Origin: Desulfosarcina sp.
GTDB taxonomy: Bacteria > Desulfobacterota > Desulfobacteria > Desulfobacterales > Desulfosarcinaceae
Direction of reading: 5' to 3'
NCBI GenBank assembly: GCA_050124445.1
Contig: JASFFF010000001.1
Location: 1 to 63,572, forward strand
Length of the DNA stretch: 63,572 nucleotides
A program made the position numbers and the translations under genes. Every line of letters begins with the position of its first letter. Within the stretch, counting starts at the first letter, position 1. Positions 41,777 through 50,811 of this stretch are shown one piece after another. The notes beneath the pieces are model-generated. The model worked only from the letters and a program-made list of their open reading frames with translations. It did not search any database and was not told the DNA's origin.

Positions 41777-43864
41777 ATGGCACGTCAGGAGGAAACTGTG
41801 AAACAGGTGGTCAGCATCAGTTTGGGATCAAGCCAAAAGGACTATTCGTTCAACACCGAATTTCTGGGGCAGGAATTTACCATCAACCGCTTGGGCACCG
41901 ATGGCGATCTGGAAAAGGCCGCCGAACTGCTGCTGCGCATGGATAAAGAGGCGGATGCCATCGGGCTTGGTCAGATCAAGTATCCTTATGGGATCGGCCC
42001 ACGCTACCTGAACAAATACAAACATCATAAAATTAAAGATCTGGGCGGTCAGCTGCAAACACCGGTCACCATCGGCAGTGCGCTGCGGGATGTCTCCTTC
42101 GAGTGGGCCCTGCGCTATATCGAATACAAATTCGGCAACTACTTCAGCAATGTCCGGGTGTTGTTTTTTTCAGGCATGTACAATTACCGGATTGCCAAGG
42201 TGATGTCCGAGTTTACGGATAACTTGACCTTTGCCGACCCGATCCTGGAAAATGGCATCCCCAAGTTTATCAATTCCCTGGACGACCTAACGGCCTATGC
42301 CCATTCGGCCCATGAGGTCTTGCAATGGGTTCCCAGCCAGCGGTTGACCGACTCGGTCATGCCGATCAAGGCGTGGAACGACTATATTCTTCGCAAAGCC
42401 ATGCAAAAAGCCTCGATCATCGTCGTTCCCAATTACGGATTCGACGGATATCTGGAAAACGCCACCCTCGAGGAATTGGGCGGCAAGACCATTATTTCCT
42501 CCACTGTGGACGATGATCGGGTAGCCTTTTTGAAAGAACGCGGGGTGGATGTCATCATCGACACGACCCCCAAAATCCTCCAGCGTGTGGTGGCACCCAA
42601 TGCGTTGGAGGCCCTGATCCTTGCCGCGCTGGAACGCAAAAGCGATCAGGTCGATGCGGATGATCTGCTGGAACTGATCAGTGCCCAGAAAATGGATCCA
42701 CGGGTGGTCTATCCGTCGGGCAGCGCCAAACGTGTCAACCGGTTTGCCTTTGTGATCCATCCGCTCTCCAAAGAGTTTCTCAAGAAGGACAAGGCCGTAA
42801 AAATGCTGGCCGACTTCACGCCACCCGCATTTCTGGATGCGGTCGAAAAGGTGATTGCCTACGCGCCCCCATGGGTCTATTCCCGCGTCACCGGCATCAA
42901 GTCGCCGACAGGCGTGGAAGCCGAGGGATGGCTGCTGACGGTTGGCGGCACGCCCAAGCAGATGCTGGCCCATGACCCGGAATTCACCTACTCGCGGTTG
43001 CTCCAGGCCGCGCGCATGGCCAAGCGCATGGGTGCACAGATCATGGGGCTGGGCGCATTCACCAAGGTGGTTGGCGATGCAGGGGTTACCGTAGCCAAGA
43101 AAGCCAATATCCCCATTACCACCGGCAACAGCTACAGTGCCTCCGGCGCGCTCTGGGCCGCCGCCGATGCGGTTCGCCGCATGGGGCTGATCAAAATTGA
43201 AAAAGGCCGGCGTATCCAGGCCAAAACCATGGTCTTGGGGGCGACCGGGGCGATTGGATCGGTGTGCTGCCGGTTGTTGGCCAAGGCCTTTGGCGAAGTC
43301 TATCTGGTTGGCCGCAACACCGCCAAACTGCTGGCGATGAAAGAATCGATCCACAAGGAGGACCCGGATGTCAAGCTGACCGTGACCACCCGCCCTAACA
43401 AATATCTGGCCGATATGGATGTGATCGTCACGGCCACCTCGGGTGCGGGCAAGAAGATTCTGGATATCACCAAGGTCAAGCCGGGCTGCGTGATCACGGA
43501 TGTGGCCCGTCCCTTGGACCTCTCCCCGGAGGATGTGGCCAAGCGGCCGGACGTGTTGGTGATCGAATCGGGGGAAATTGAACTGCCCGGCAACCCGGAG
43601 ATGGGAAATATCGGCCTGCCCGACAAAGTGGCCTATGCTTGCCTGGCCGAAACCATCGTTTTGGCATTAGAGGGGCGCTTTGAGATCTTTACCATCGGCC
43701 GGGACATCGAATGGGAAAAGGTGAAAGAGATCTATAAACTCGGCCTCAGGCACGGCATGAAACTGGCCGCGATTTCCGGCGTCAACGGTGTGTTTTCGGA
43801 TGATGATATCGCACGGGTCACAAAACTTGCCCTGGAAGCCAAAAGTCAACGACCACCCGTTTAG
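41777..43864 (+). CDS. Two-domain acyl-ACP/CoA reductase-like protein (C-terminal AAR/COG5322 domain), catalytic Cys present
   Basis: FAFVIHP, GIKSPTG.EAEGW, GLGAFT, TTGNS, GATGAIG, DVARP.D, YACLAE (Cys622). Confidence 0.75.
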   Translation: MARQEETVKQVVSISLGSSQKDYSFNTEFLGQEFTINRLGTDGDLEKAAELLLRMDKEADAIGLGQIKYPYGIGPRYLNKYKHHKIKDLGGQLQTPVTIGSALRDVSFEWALRYIEYKFGNYFSNVRVLFFSGMYNYRIAKVMSEFTDNLTFADPILENGIPKFINSLDDLTAYAHSAHEVLQWVPSQRLTDSVMPIKAWNDYILRKAMQKASIIVVPNYGFDGYLENATLEELGGKTIISSTVDDDRVAFLKERGVDVIIDTTPKILQRVVAPNALEALILAALERKSDQVDADDLLELISAQKMDPRVVYPSGSAKRVNRFAFVIHPLSKEFLKKDKAVKMLADFTPPAFLDAVEKVIAYAPPWVYSRVTGIKSPTGVEAEGWLLTVGGTPKQMLAHDPEFTYSRLLQAARMAKRMGAQIMGLGAFTKVVGDAGVTVAKKANIPITTGNSYSASGALWAAADAVRRMGLIKIEKGRRIQAKTMVLGATGAIGSVCCRLLAKAFGEVYLVGRNTAKLLAMKESIHKEDPDVKLTVTTRPNKYLADMDVIVTATSGAGKKILDITKVKPGCVITDVARPLDLSPEDVAKRPDVLVIESGEIELPGNPEMGNIGLPDKVAYACLAETIVLALEGRFEIFTIGRDIEWEKVKEIYKLGLRHGMKLAAISGVNGVFSDDDIARVTKLALEAKSQRPPV

Positions 43865-43870
43865 CGGATG

Positions 43871-43907
43871 GCTTGTCATTCCGGCCAACGGCCGGAATGG
43901 CCCAAGC
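43871..43907. repeat. Intergenic stem-loop between the two reductase paralogs
   Basis: CATTCCGGCC-AAC-GGCCGGAATG stem extended by GCTTG / CAAGC. Confidence 0.55.
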
Positions 43908-43994
43908 ATGTCAGTGCCTAAATGGTTGCGGTTGTGACCGTGTGCAACGCACCCGGTTTGAAGACAACAATCAACAAATGGTTAGTTAGCGGAG

Positions 43995-46058
43995 GTGCTT
44001 GTGAAACAGATCATCCAAATCAGTTTGGGTCCCAGCTTGGACGACATCGAATTCGAAACGGAATTTTTAAAACAACCGTTTCACATCCGGCGTCTGGGAA
44101 CCGATGGGGATGTGGAGCAAGCCTCCGACTTGCTGCTTAAGTGGAACAAGCGGGCTGATGCCATCGCCTTGGGCGGTATTCGTTCAGCCCAAACCATGCA
44201 CCCAAAGCATGCTTCGAAAAAGGATCTGGTCCGGCTGTTGGAACTTGGATCCAAACTGGAGACCCCCGTGACATCCGGCAACATGCTTCGCCTGGTGGGC
44301 CACGAATGGTCACTGCGTCATATCCAATTCAAGCTGGGCAACAACTATTTCAACAATGCCCGGGTATTTTTTTTCTCAGGGCGATCGAGTCGCACCATCG
44401 CCAAGGTCATGGCGGAGTACAGCCAAAACCTGATATTTGCCGATGCCCTGCTGGAAAATGGGGTTCCCAAGTTGGTCGACGGGCTGAAGGATTTCAAGCT
44501 TTACAACGGCCGTCTGCGGGACGTGTTGGCATGGGTTCCCGGGAAAAGCATGTTCACGGACAGCGAACCGGTGCGCAGGATGATCAACCATCTACTGCGA
44601 CAGGCGGTGCATGATGCGCATATCCTGGTGGTTCCCCACCACCAATTTTTTAAATTTCTGGACCCTTTTAGCATCGACGATCTCAAATCCAAAACAGTGA
44701 TCACTTCTACGGTGTATGACGACCGGATCGATTACCTGAAAGACAAGGGGGTCGACGTGATCATCGACACGACGCCCAAGCTGTTGGACAGTGTTGCCGG
44801 CGTGAGCGTGTTGGAAGCGATGCTGCGGGTTGCCTTCGATATCCCCAAGGGCGAAGCAAGCGACGACGAATTGCTCGAGATCATTAGCAATATGCAAATG
44901 GAGCCCCGCATCATTTATCCTGCTGGAAAACCCAAACGGGTCAACCGCTTCGCCTATGTGATCCATCCGCCGAGCCAGGACTATCTGAAAAAGCTCAAGC
45001 CCGTCGAGGTGTTGTCGGACCTTGCACCGGGCATGATGAATACGGTCGAAAAGGTCATGGCCTACGCCCCGCCCTTCGTCTACTCCACGGTTCGGGGAAT
45101 CCGTTCGAAAACCGGTGTGGAGGCCGAAGGATGGCTGATCGCCCTCGGGGTCACGCCGGAGCAGATGCAGGCCCACGGACCCGAATTCACCACCAAACGA
45201 ATCCTGGAAGCTGCCGAGATTGCCAAAAAGAAGGGTGCCCAGATAATGGGCATCGGCCTGCTGCCCAAAGCGATGAAGGACACCAGCCTGGACGTAGCCA
45301 AGCACGCCGTGCTCCCCATCACCACGGGTAATAGTTATTTTGCTTCCTCAGCCTTGTGGGCCGGTGCCGAGGCCGTTCGCAAGATGGGCATGACCCGGCT
45401 CAAACACGGGAAGGTGCTGCGGGCCAAAGCCATGGTTGTCGGTGCCACCGGGGCGGTGGGGGTGATTTGTTCGCACCTATTGGCCAGGGCCTTCGAAGAA
45501 ATCTACTTGGTCGGCCGAAATATCGCCAAGCTGCTGGCCCTGCAGGAGTCCGTTCAAAAAGAAGTTCCCTCGGTCAAGCTGCGCGTCTCCACGCGGGCAG
45601 ACAAGAATCTAAGCCAGATGGATATGATCGTGGCCACCAGTTCCGGTGCCCGTGCTGTCCTGGATATTATGCAGATCAAACCCGGCGGTGTGATTGTCGA
45701 TATCAATCTGCCGAGTATTTTTACCAAGGAGACGGTTGCCAAACGCCCCGATGTGATGATCATTCGTGGCGGAGAGATTCGTTTGCCCGGCGATCATGTG
45801 GAGATGAAAGATATCGGCCTTCCACCCGGCGTCGTCTATGCCGGACTCGCCGAAACGATCACCCTGGCCCTGGAGGGTCGTTTCGAGGTGTTCACCGTCG
45901 GCGCTGCACCCCAATGGGACAAGGTCCGGGAAATTTATCGTTTGGGCTTAAAGCATGGCATGCAGTTGGCAGCCATCTCCGGTGTTGATGGGATCTATTC
46001 CGACGAAGAGATTACCAGAGCCAAGGCATTGGCAATCAAGGAACGCAATCGAGCATGA
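43995..46058 (+). CDS. Paralogous two-domain AAR-like protein, catalytic Cys replaced by Gly
   Basis: Colinear with 41777-43864 (ISLG.S, DVIIDTTPK, KRVNRFA, TTGNS, GATGAVG) but YAGLAE (Gly617); GTG start after GGAGG. Confidence 0.75.
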   Translation: MLVKQIIQISLGPSLDDIEFETEFLKQPFHIRRLGTDGDVEQASDLLLKWNKRADAIALGGIRSAQTMHPKHASKKDLVRLLELGSKLETPVTSGNMLRLVGHEWSLRHIQFKLGNNYFNNARVFFFSGRSSRTIAKVMAEYSQNLIFADALLENGVPKLVDGLKDFKLYNGRLRDVLAWVPGKSMFTDSEPVRRMINHLLRQAVHDAHILVVPHHQFFKFLDPFSIDDLKSKTVITSTVYDDRIDYLKDKGVDVIIDTTPKLLDSVAGVSVLEAMLRVAFDIPKGEASDDELLEIISNMQMEPRIIYPAGKPKRVNRFAYVIHPPSQDYLKKLKPVEVLSDLAPGMMNTVEKVMAYAPPFVYSTVRGIRSKTGVEAEGWLIALGVTPEQMQAHGPEFTTKRILEAAEIAKKKGAQIMGIGLLPKAMKDTSLDVAKHAVLPITTGNSYFASSALWAGAEAVRKMGMTRLKHGKVLRAKAMVVGATGAVGVICSHLLARAFEEIYLVGRNIAKLLALQESVQKEVPSVKLRVSTRADKNLSQMDMIVATSSGARAVLDIMQIKPGGVIVDINLPSIFTKETVAKRPDVMIIRGGEIRLPGDHVEMKDIGLPPGVVYAGLAETITLALEGRFEVFTVGAAPQWDKVREIYRLGLKHGMQLAAISGVDGIYSDEEITRAKALAIKERNRA

Positions 46059-47773
46059 TCTTCAGGCAGTGGCGGAAACTGAGCAATCACATGGCGCGTT
46101 TTTTTGTCAATGACGGCCCGGCCCGGTTGATAAACGGCTGTTACAACGCTTACAGCATGTTATATCGCGGTCAGCTCAGCTTGGGGCTGCCCGTTTCAAA
46201 GACGCTGATCGTCAGCCAGGCGGAAATCAAAGACAGGGCGATTCGCAAGCTCGCCTTGGCCCTTTACCATATTATTCTCAATGCAACCCGCCGTCAGATG
46301 GTAAGGGCGGACATTCAGCGGGTCATCTCCGAAGAACTCTCCAGCGGGCGACTTCGATTGACAGAAAGTGCCATTTTTCTGACCGAAGCGCAATTGACCG
46401 GCCTGATGCTCGAGCAATTAAAGATCCCTGAAAAGCATATGCCTCAGATTCTGGATATTGCTCGTCGGCGCCGTATCCTAAGCGAGTGGTTGCGTACCGA
46501 TCCGGGGCCGATCTATTTTGAAAGCGAGATCGAAGAAAAAGAACAAAACGGGCGCGGCGATTACGAAACGGTTTACTACCGCAATTACACGGACGAGGGC
46601 AAAGAGATCGGATTTCGCCGCATGGTTAGCATGGAAGGGGTCACCGCGGGCGACAACCGTGCGGCGGTAATATTGATTCCCGGTTTCGCCAACAACAGCA
46701 ACTGTTTCAACATCAGCAACCGCTACTCACTGGCCAAAGACATAGCCGATAAGAATCAATGGGTTTACCTGTTTGATCCCCGGGGGGTGGGGGTTAATCA
46801 GGGACGCTTCGATCCGCTGTACACCGTGGACACCATGATCGATTACGACCTTGCCACCTTGGTGCGCTTCATCCATAAACGCAGCTGCGGCAAGCCATCC
46901 ATTCTGATCGGGCACAGCATGGGCGGACTGGTCGCTGAAAACATGGTGCTCAACTGGGCGCTTGCCCGCCGGATGCCCGAGATCGACGAACTCGATCCGC
47001 AGCAGAAAGAACTGCTGGGCCAGGTGCTGCCGTCGGCCCATACGGCGGGCGAATACCTAAAGATGGTGCGCGGGATTGTCTCATTGGGTGCGCCTAAGGT
47101 TTTTCGTAAACAATCCCACGTTTTTTTTCCGACGTCGCTATGGTTGAATCACCTCTCGAGAACCTTTCGCTTTCGGCAGGTTCCGGTTAAAGAAATTTCC
47201 AAGGTTCTCACCGAGCTTCCTGTGCTCAAACAGGTCACGCGTTTGATTGTCAATCACAATGTGGGGGACTTAAACTTTCTGGTCTCACCGGAAAATCACA
47301 AGGATGATAAGTATTTCGTAGAGCGCTACTTGAAAACCGCCACCGAATCGATACCGTTGGGCCTCGGTTTTCAGTGTCTGAAAGCCATCTACAATGGCCA
47401 GGGCTTCAAGCGCATGGACGGCAGCCGACTGAACTATTCAGACTGCTTGCCCTGGTTCCCGGAGACCATCCCCGTTTTTCATTTCTGGGGCACGCGTGAC
47501 AGACTGGTGCCTTTAGAGAATTTGCGTTACCGCAAGCATTATCCTCACAAGAACAAAAAGATCTACCACCTCGAATCGCCCGATGATCTACGAAAAATTA
47601 ACCTAACCGCAGAGCGCAGCCAGCTCATCGATTTTGTGATAGAGGGAGCCAATCATCTTGACCTGCTTTACGGCAAACTTGCCGATCAATTGGTCAGGCC
47701 TTTAATCGTGCAGATTATTGAGAAGGTATGGGGTGATTGGGCTTACGATACCCTCCCCGATGGGTCGGAATAG
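46055..47773 (+). CDS. Alpha/beta hydrolase (Ser nucleophile) with N-terminal extension
   Basis: LIPGFA, FDPRG.G, GHSMGG (Ser288), WG..D.LV, NHLDLL; ATGA overlap with the upstream gene. Confidence 0.75.
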   Translation: MIFRQWRKLSNHMARFFVNDGPARLINGCYNAYSMLYRGQLSLGLPVSKTLIVSQAEIKDRAIRKLALALYHIILNATRRQMVRADIQRVISEELSSGRLRLTESAIFLTEAQLTGLMLEQLKIPEKHMPQILDIARRRRILSEWLRTDPGPIYFESEIEEKEQNGRGDYETVYYRNYTDEGKEIGFRRMVSMEGVTAGDNRAAVILIPGFANNSNCFNISNRYSLAKDIADKNQWVYLFDPRGVGVNQGRFDPLYTVDTMIDYDLATLVRFIHKRSCGKPSILIGHSMGGLVAENMVLNWALARRMPEIDELDPQQKELLGQVLPSAHTAGEYLKMVRGIVSLGAPKVFRKQSHVFFPTSLWLNHLSRTFRFRQVPVKEISKVLTELPVLKQVTRLIVNHNVGDLNFLVSPENHKDDKYFVERYLKTATESIPLGLGFQCLKAIYNGQGFKRMDGSRLNYSDCLPWFPETIPVFHFWGTRDRLVPLENLRYRKHYPHKNKKIYHLESPDDLRKINLTAERSQLIDFVIEGANHLDLLYGKLADQLVRPLIVQIIEKVWGDWAYDTLPDGSE

Positions 47774-47904
47774 ATACCCTTCATAATAGAGGCTGTCTCG
47801 AAAATAGGAGTCGGAATAAAACCGACAAATGCCATGACGTGCTTAGTAATTCGCTAATTGCGTGAGGTCAACGGTTTCACCGCCATCCTGGCCCATGATA
47901 AATG

Positions 47905-47940
47905 TTTGACAAACCGCGCCCGCCACGTGTAGTTAAAATA
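47905..47940 (+). promoter_or_regulatory. Putative promoter of the phn-like operon
   Basis: TTGACA followed by AT-rich TAGTTAAAAT upstream of phnD. Confidence 0.4.
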
Positions 47941-48032
47941 TAGCTATTTCCAATAGACTCGCCAAATGACTTCCGTTTGGACCCCGCCGTTTTGGGGTCA
48001 ATAGCAGAAACCATTACATCATGGAGGAGAGG

Positions 48033-49073
48033 ATGATGACGCAATTGATTAGACGCAGCGGTTTGATAGTGGCAGCGGCGGCCATTGCGGTCGCTTTTCT
48101 TTTTGTCCTAACAGCGGGGTCGCCGGCGATGGCCGCCTGCAAGAACCGGGGAACCCTGGACAGCCGCTACTGCGACGACGATGGCGACCTGGTGGCTGAT
48201 ACGCCATCCGACGCCAGCCAGTGGCTCGATCCGGATGTGCTGATCTTTTCCTACACCCCGGTCGAGGACCCATCCGTTTATGAGAACGTGTTTACCGAGT
48301 TCATGGCCTACCTGTCAGAGAAAACGGGCAAACAGGTGCGCTGGTACGGTGCCGAGTCGTACGCGGCCCAGGTCGAGGCCATGCGCTCCGGGCGTCTTCA
48401 CGTGGCTGGCATCTCCACCGGCCCCACCTGTTTTGGCGTCAACCTGGCCGGATATGTGCCATTCGCGATTATGAGCGGACCCAAGGGCTACGGATACAAG
48501 TTGCAGCTGATCACCCACAAGGATTCGGACATCCAAAAGGTTGCCGATTTGAAAGGCAGGAATATTGCCCACGTGACCCCGTCATCGAATTCGGGCAACC
48601 AGGCTCCCCGAGCGTTGTTTGGCAAAATGGGCGTGACCCCCGACGCAGACTATAAGGTGAATTACTCCGGAAAACATGACAATTCAATTCTCGGTGTGGC
48701 CAATAAAGATTATGACGCCGCACCGGTGGCCTCCAGCGTGTTGGACCGCATGGCGGATAAAGGCGTTGTCAACCGCGATGATTTGCGCATCATCTGGGAG
48801 TCCAATCCCTTTCCCACGACATCGTACGGGTTCGTGCATAACCTGCACCCGGATCTGGCGCGTAAAATCATGTATGCCTTTTACAGCTTCGACTGGTCGG
48901 GAACTGCCCTGGAGAAGGAGTTCAAGGCCAACGGCTTCAACCAATTCATTCCCATCACCTACCAGGATCATTGGAACGACATTTTGACCATCCAGAAATT
49001 CAACGGCATTGTCTACAGCCAGGAAGCCCTGAAAGGGTTGAAGGTAAAGAAAAAGAAGAAGAAAAAGAAATAA
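48033..49073 (+). CDS. phnD: PhnD-family phosphate/phosphonate/phosphoester substrate-binding protein
   Basis: Signal peptide ending AMA, DGDLVAD, Y.AQ.EAMR.G.LH, SSNSG, SG.HD.S; GGAGGAG RBS. Confidence 0.85.
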   Translation: MMTQLIRRSGLIVAAAAIAVAFLFVLTAGSPAMAACKNRGTLDSRYCDDDGDLVADTPSDASQWLDPDVLIFSYTPVEDPSVYENVFTEFMAYLSEKTGKQVRWYGAESYAAQVEAMRSGRLHVAGISTGPTCFGVNLAGYVPFAIMSGPKGYGYKLQLITHKDSDIQKVADLKGRNIAHVTPSSNSGNQAPRALFGKMGVTPDADYKVNYSGKHDNSILGVANKDYDAAPVASSVLDRMADKGVVNRDDLRIIWESNPFPTTSYGFVHNLHPDLARKIMYAFYSFDWSGTALEKEFKANGFNQFIPITYQDHWNDILTIQKFNGIVYSQEALKGLKVKKKKKKKK

Positions 49074-49102
49074 ATCCAGCTGATCCCATTCAAATCAATC
49101 CA

Positions 49103-49132
49103 GCAGCCTGTTGCCCGACGGCAGCAGGCTGC
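49103..49132 (+). other. Stem-loop between phnD and phnC (probable mRNA stabiliser/attenuator)
   Basis: GCAGCCTGTTGCC-CGAC-GGCAGCAGGCTGC with no U tract. Confidence 0.55.
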
Positions 49133-49146
49133 CGCCATTGGACCCC

Positions 49147-49989
49147 ATGCTGCAAATCATCGATCTGTCAAAAAGGTATCCCACGGGCACCCAGGCACTC
49201 AGCGGTATCCGTTTTCGCGTCGATCAACCCCAGGTCATCGCCATCATTGGTCCTTCCGGGGCAGGGAAGAGTACCCTGATTCGCTGTGTTAATCGTTTGG
49301 TGCAACCTTCTGAGGGGCAAATACGGCTGCACGATATCGATATCACGCGCCTGGGGCGCCGTGACTTGCGCAGAGCCAGGCGGCGCATGGGGATGATCTT
49401 TCAGGAGTACAACCTGGTGGAGCGCCTGACGGTGATGGAAAACGTCCTTTCCGGTCGATTGGGTTACGTCTCCTTCTGGCGGGCCTATCGACGCAAGTTC
49501 CCCCCGGCGGATGTGTCCGCCGCCTTTGAGCTGCTGGAACGGGTGGGTCTCAAGGGTTACCACAACACGCGGGCAGACGCCCTGTCCGGTGGTCAGCGAC
49601 AACGCGTCGGCATCGCCCGGGCACTGATGCAGGCCCCCGACCTGTTGCTGGTGGATGAACCCACGGCGAGTTTGGATCCCAAAACCTCACGGCAGATCAT
49701 GCGCCTGTTGACCGAATTGGTCAAGGAGCGGGGGACGCCGGCACTGGTTAATATTCATGACGTCGCCCTGGCCCAGGCCTTTGCGGATAGAATCATTGGA
49801 TTGCGCAGCGGCCAGATCGTCTTCGACGGTGTGTCCGATCAGGTGACCGAAGCGGTGCTGACCGAGATATACGGTGAAGAGGACTGGAGCACCACCATCA
49901 GGAAAATAGATGAGGATAGAGAAAACAGCCATTGTGCGAAATTGAAAAGGGAAGCCAACCATAAACTTCGCCAGACGGCCAACGGATAA
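49147..49989 (+). CDS. phnC: Phosphonate-type ABC transporter ATP-binding protein
   Basis: [45 protein letters not shown]. Confidence 0.9.
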   Translation: MLQIIDLSKRYPTGTQALSGIRFRVDQPQVIAIIGPSGAGKSTLIRCVNRLVQPSEGQIRLHDIDITRLGRRDLRRARRRMGMIFQEYNLVERLTVMENVLSGRLGYVSFWRAYRRKFPPADVSAAFELLERVGLKGYHNTRADALSGGQRQRVGIARALMQAPDLLLVDEPTASLDPKTSRQIMRLLTELVKERGTPALVNIHDVALAQAFADRIIGLRSGQIVFDGVSDQVTEAVLTEIYGEEDWSTTIRKIDEDRENSHCAKLKREANHKLRQTANG

Positions 49990-50001
49990 GGCCGGTCCGC
50001 C

Positions 50002-50811
50002 ATGACCACCTGCCCAGCCAATGAAAACCAGCACCAATGGCAACCGATTCGGCTGATCCAACACCCGGGATTGCGCTACAGCCTGGTCATCCTGACGATT
50101 GCTTATGTCTTTTGGTCGACCGGTATGCTGGAAATCAACTGGACACGATTCAGCAACGGCGTGCCCAGGGCGGTAAACATGTTCAGCCGTATGTTCCCGC
50201 CGGATTTCAGCCGCTGGCAATTGCTGCTTAAGGGGTTGATGGAGAGCGTACAGATGGCGCTGGCGGCAAGCTTTTTCGGCATGCTGCTGGCTGTTCCGCT
50301 GGGTATATGCGCTGCCGGCAATCTGGTTCCGCGGGCCATCTATGCAATCGCCCGGGGGATCATCATCCTCTCACGAACCTTCCATGAGATCATCATTGCC
50401 ATCTTCTTCGTCAAAATTTTCGGTTTCGGTCCTCTGGCCGGTGTCCTGACCCTGATTGTTGCCAGCATGAGCTTTATTTCCAAGATGATTGCCGAAGACA
50501 TCGAAAATATGGCACCCGGCCAATTGGAGGCCATTCGCGCTACCGGCGCCTCTTTTCCGCAGCTGTTGATATACTGCGTTTCGCCCAATACGCTGCCCCG
50601 CTATCTCGGTGTTTCCATTTATCGTCTGGATGCCAATGTGCGCCATTCAACCGTGGTCGGGATCGTTGGGGCAGGGGGCATCGGTCAGGTTCTGGCGGCT
50701 TCTTTCAGTCGTTATGATTACGACTTCAGCCTGGCCATTCTGATGATCATTGTCTCCATCGTGTTCCTGGGTGAATTGGTTTCCTCGTGGGTGCGGAACT
50801 ATTTGCGATGA
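50002..50811 (+). CDS. phnE: Phosphonate-type ABC permease
   Basis: MFPPD, GFGPLAG, EAIRATGA, N.R.STVVG.VGAGGIG. Confidence 0.9.
   Translation: MTTCPANENQHQWQPIRLIQHPGLRYSLVILTIAYVFWSTGMLEINWTRFSNGVPRAVNMFSRMFPPDFSRWQLLLKGLMESVQMALAASFFGMLLAVPLGICAAGNLVPRAIYAIARGIIILSRTFHEIIIAIFFVKIFGFGPLAGVLTLIVASMSFISKMIAEDIENMAPGQLEAIRATGASFPQLLIYCVSPNTLPRYLGVSIYRLDANVRHSTVVGIVGAGGIGQVLAASFSRYDYDFSLAILMIIVSIVFLGELVSSWVRNYLR

Noticed and set aside
42287-45988. Long overlapping ORFs (355, 237 and 210 aa) within the reductase genes
   Set aside because: Antisense or off-frame shadows with no motifs
46055-47773. PHA synthase (phaC) call
   Set aside because: Nucleophile is Ser (GHSMGG), not the Cys lipase box of PhaC, and there is no phaE nearby
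47788-47806. AGAGGCTGTCTCGAAAAT as a possible IS terminal repeat
   Set aside because: No matching second end or transposase seen
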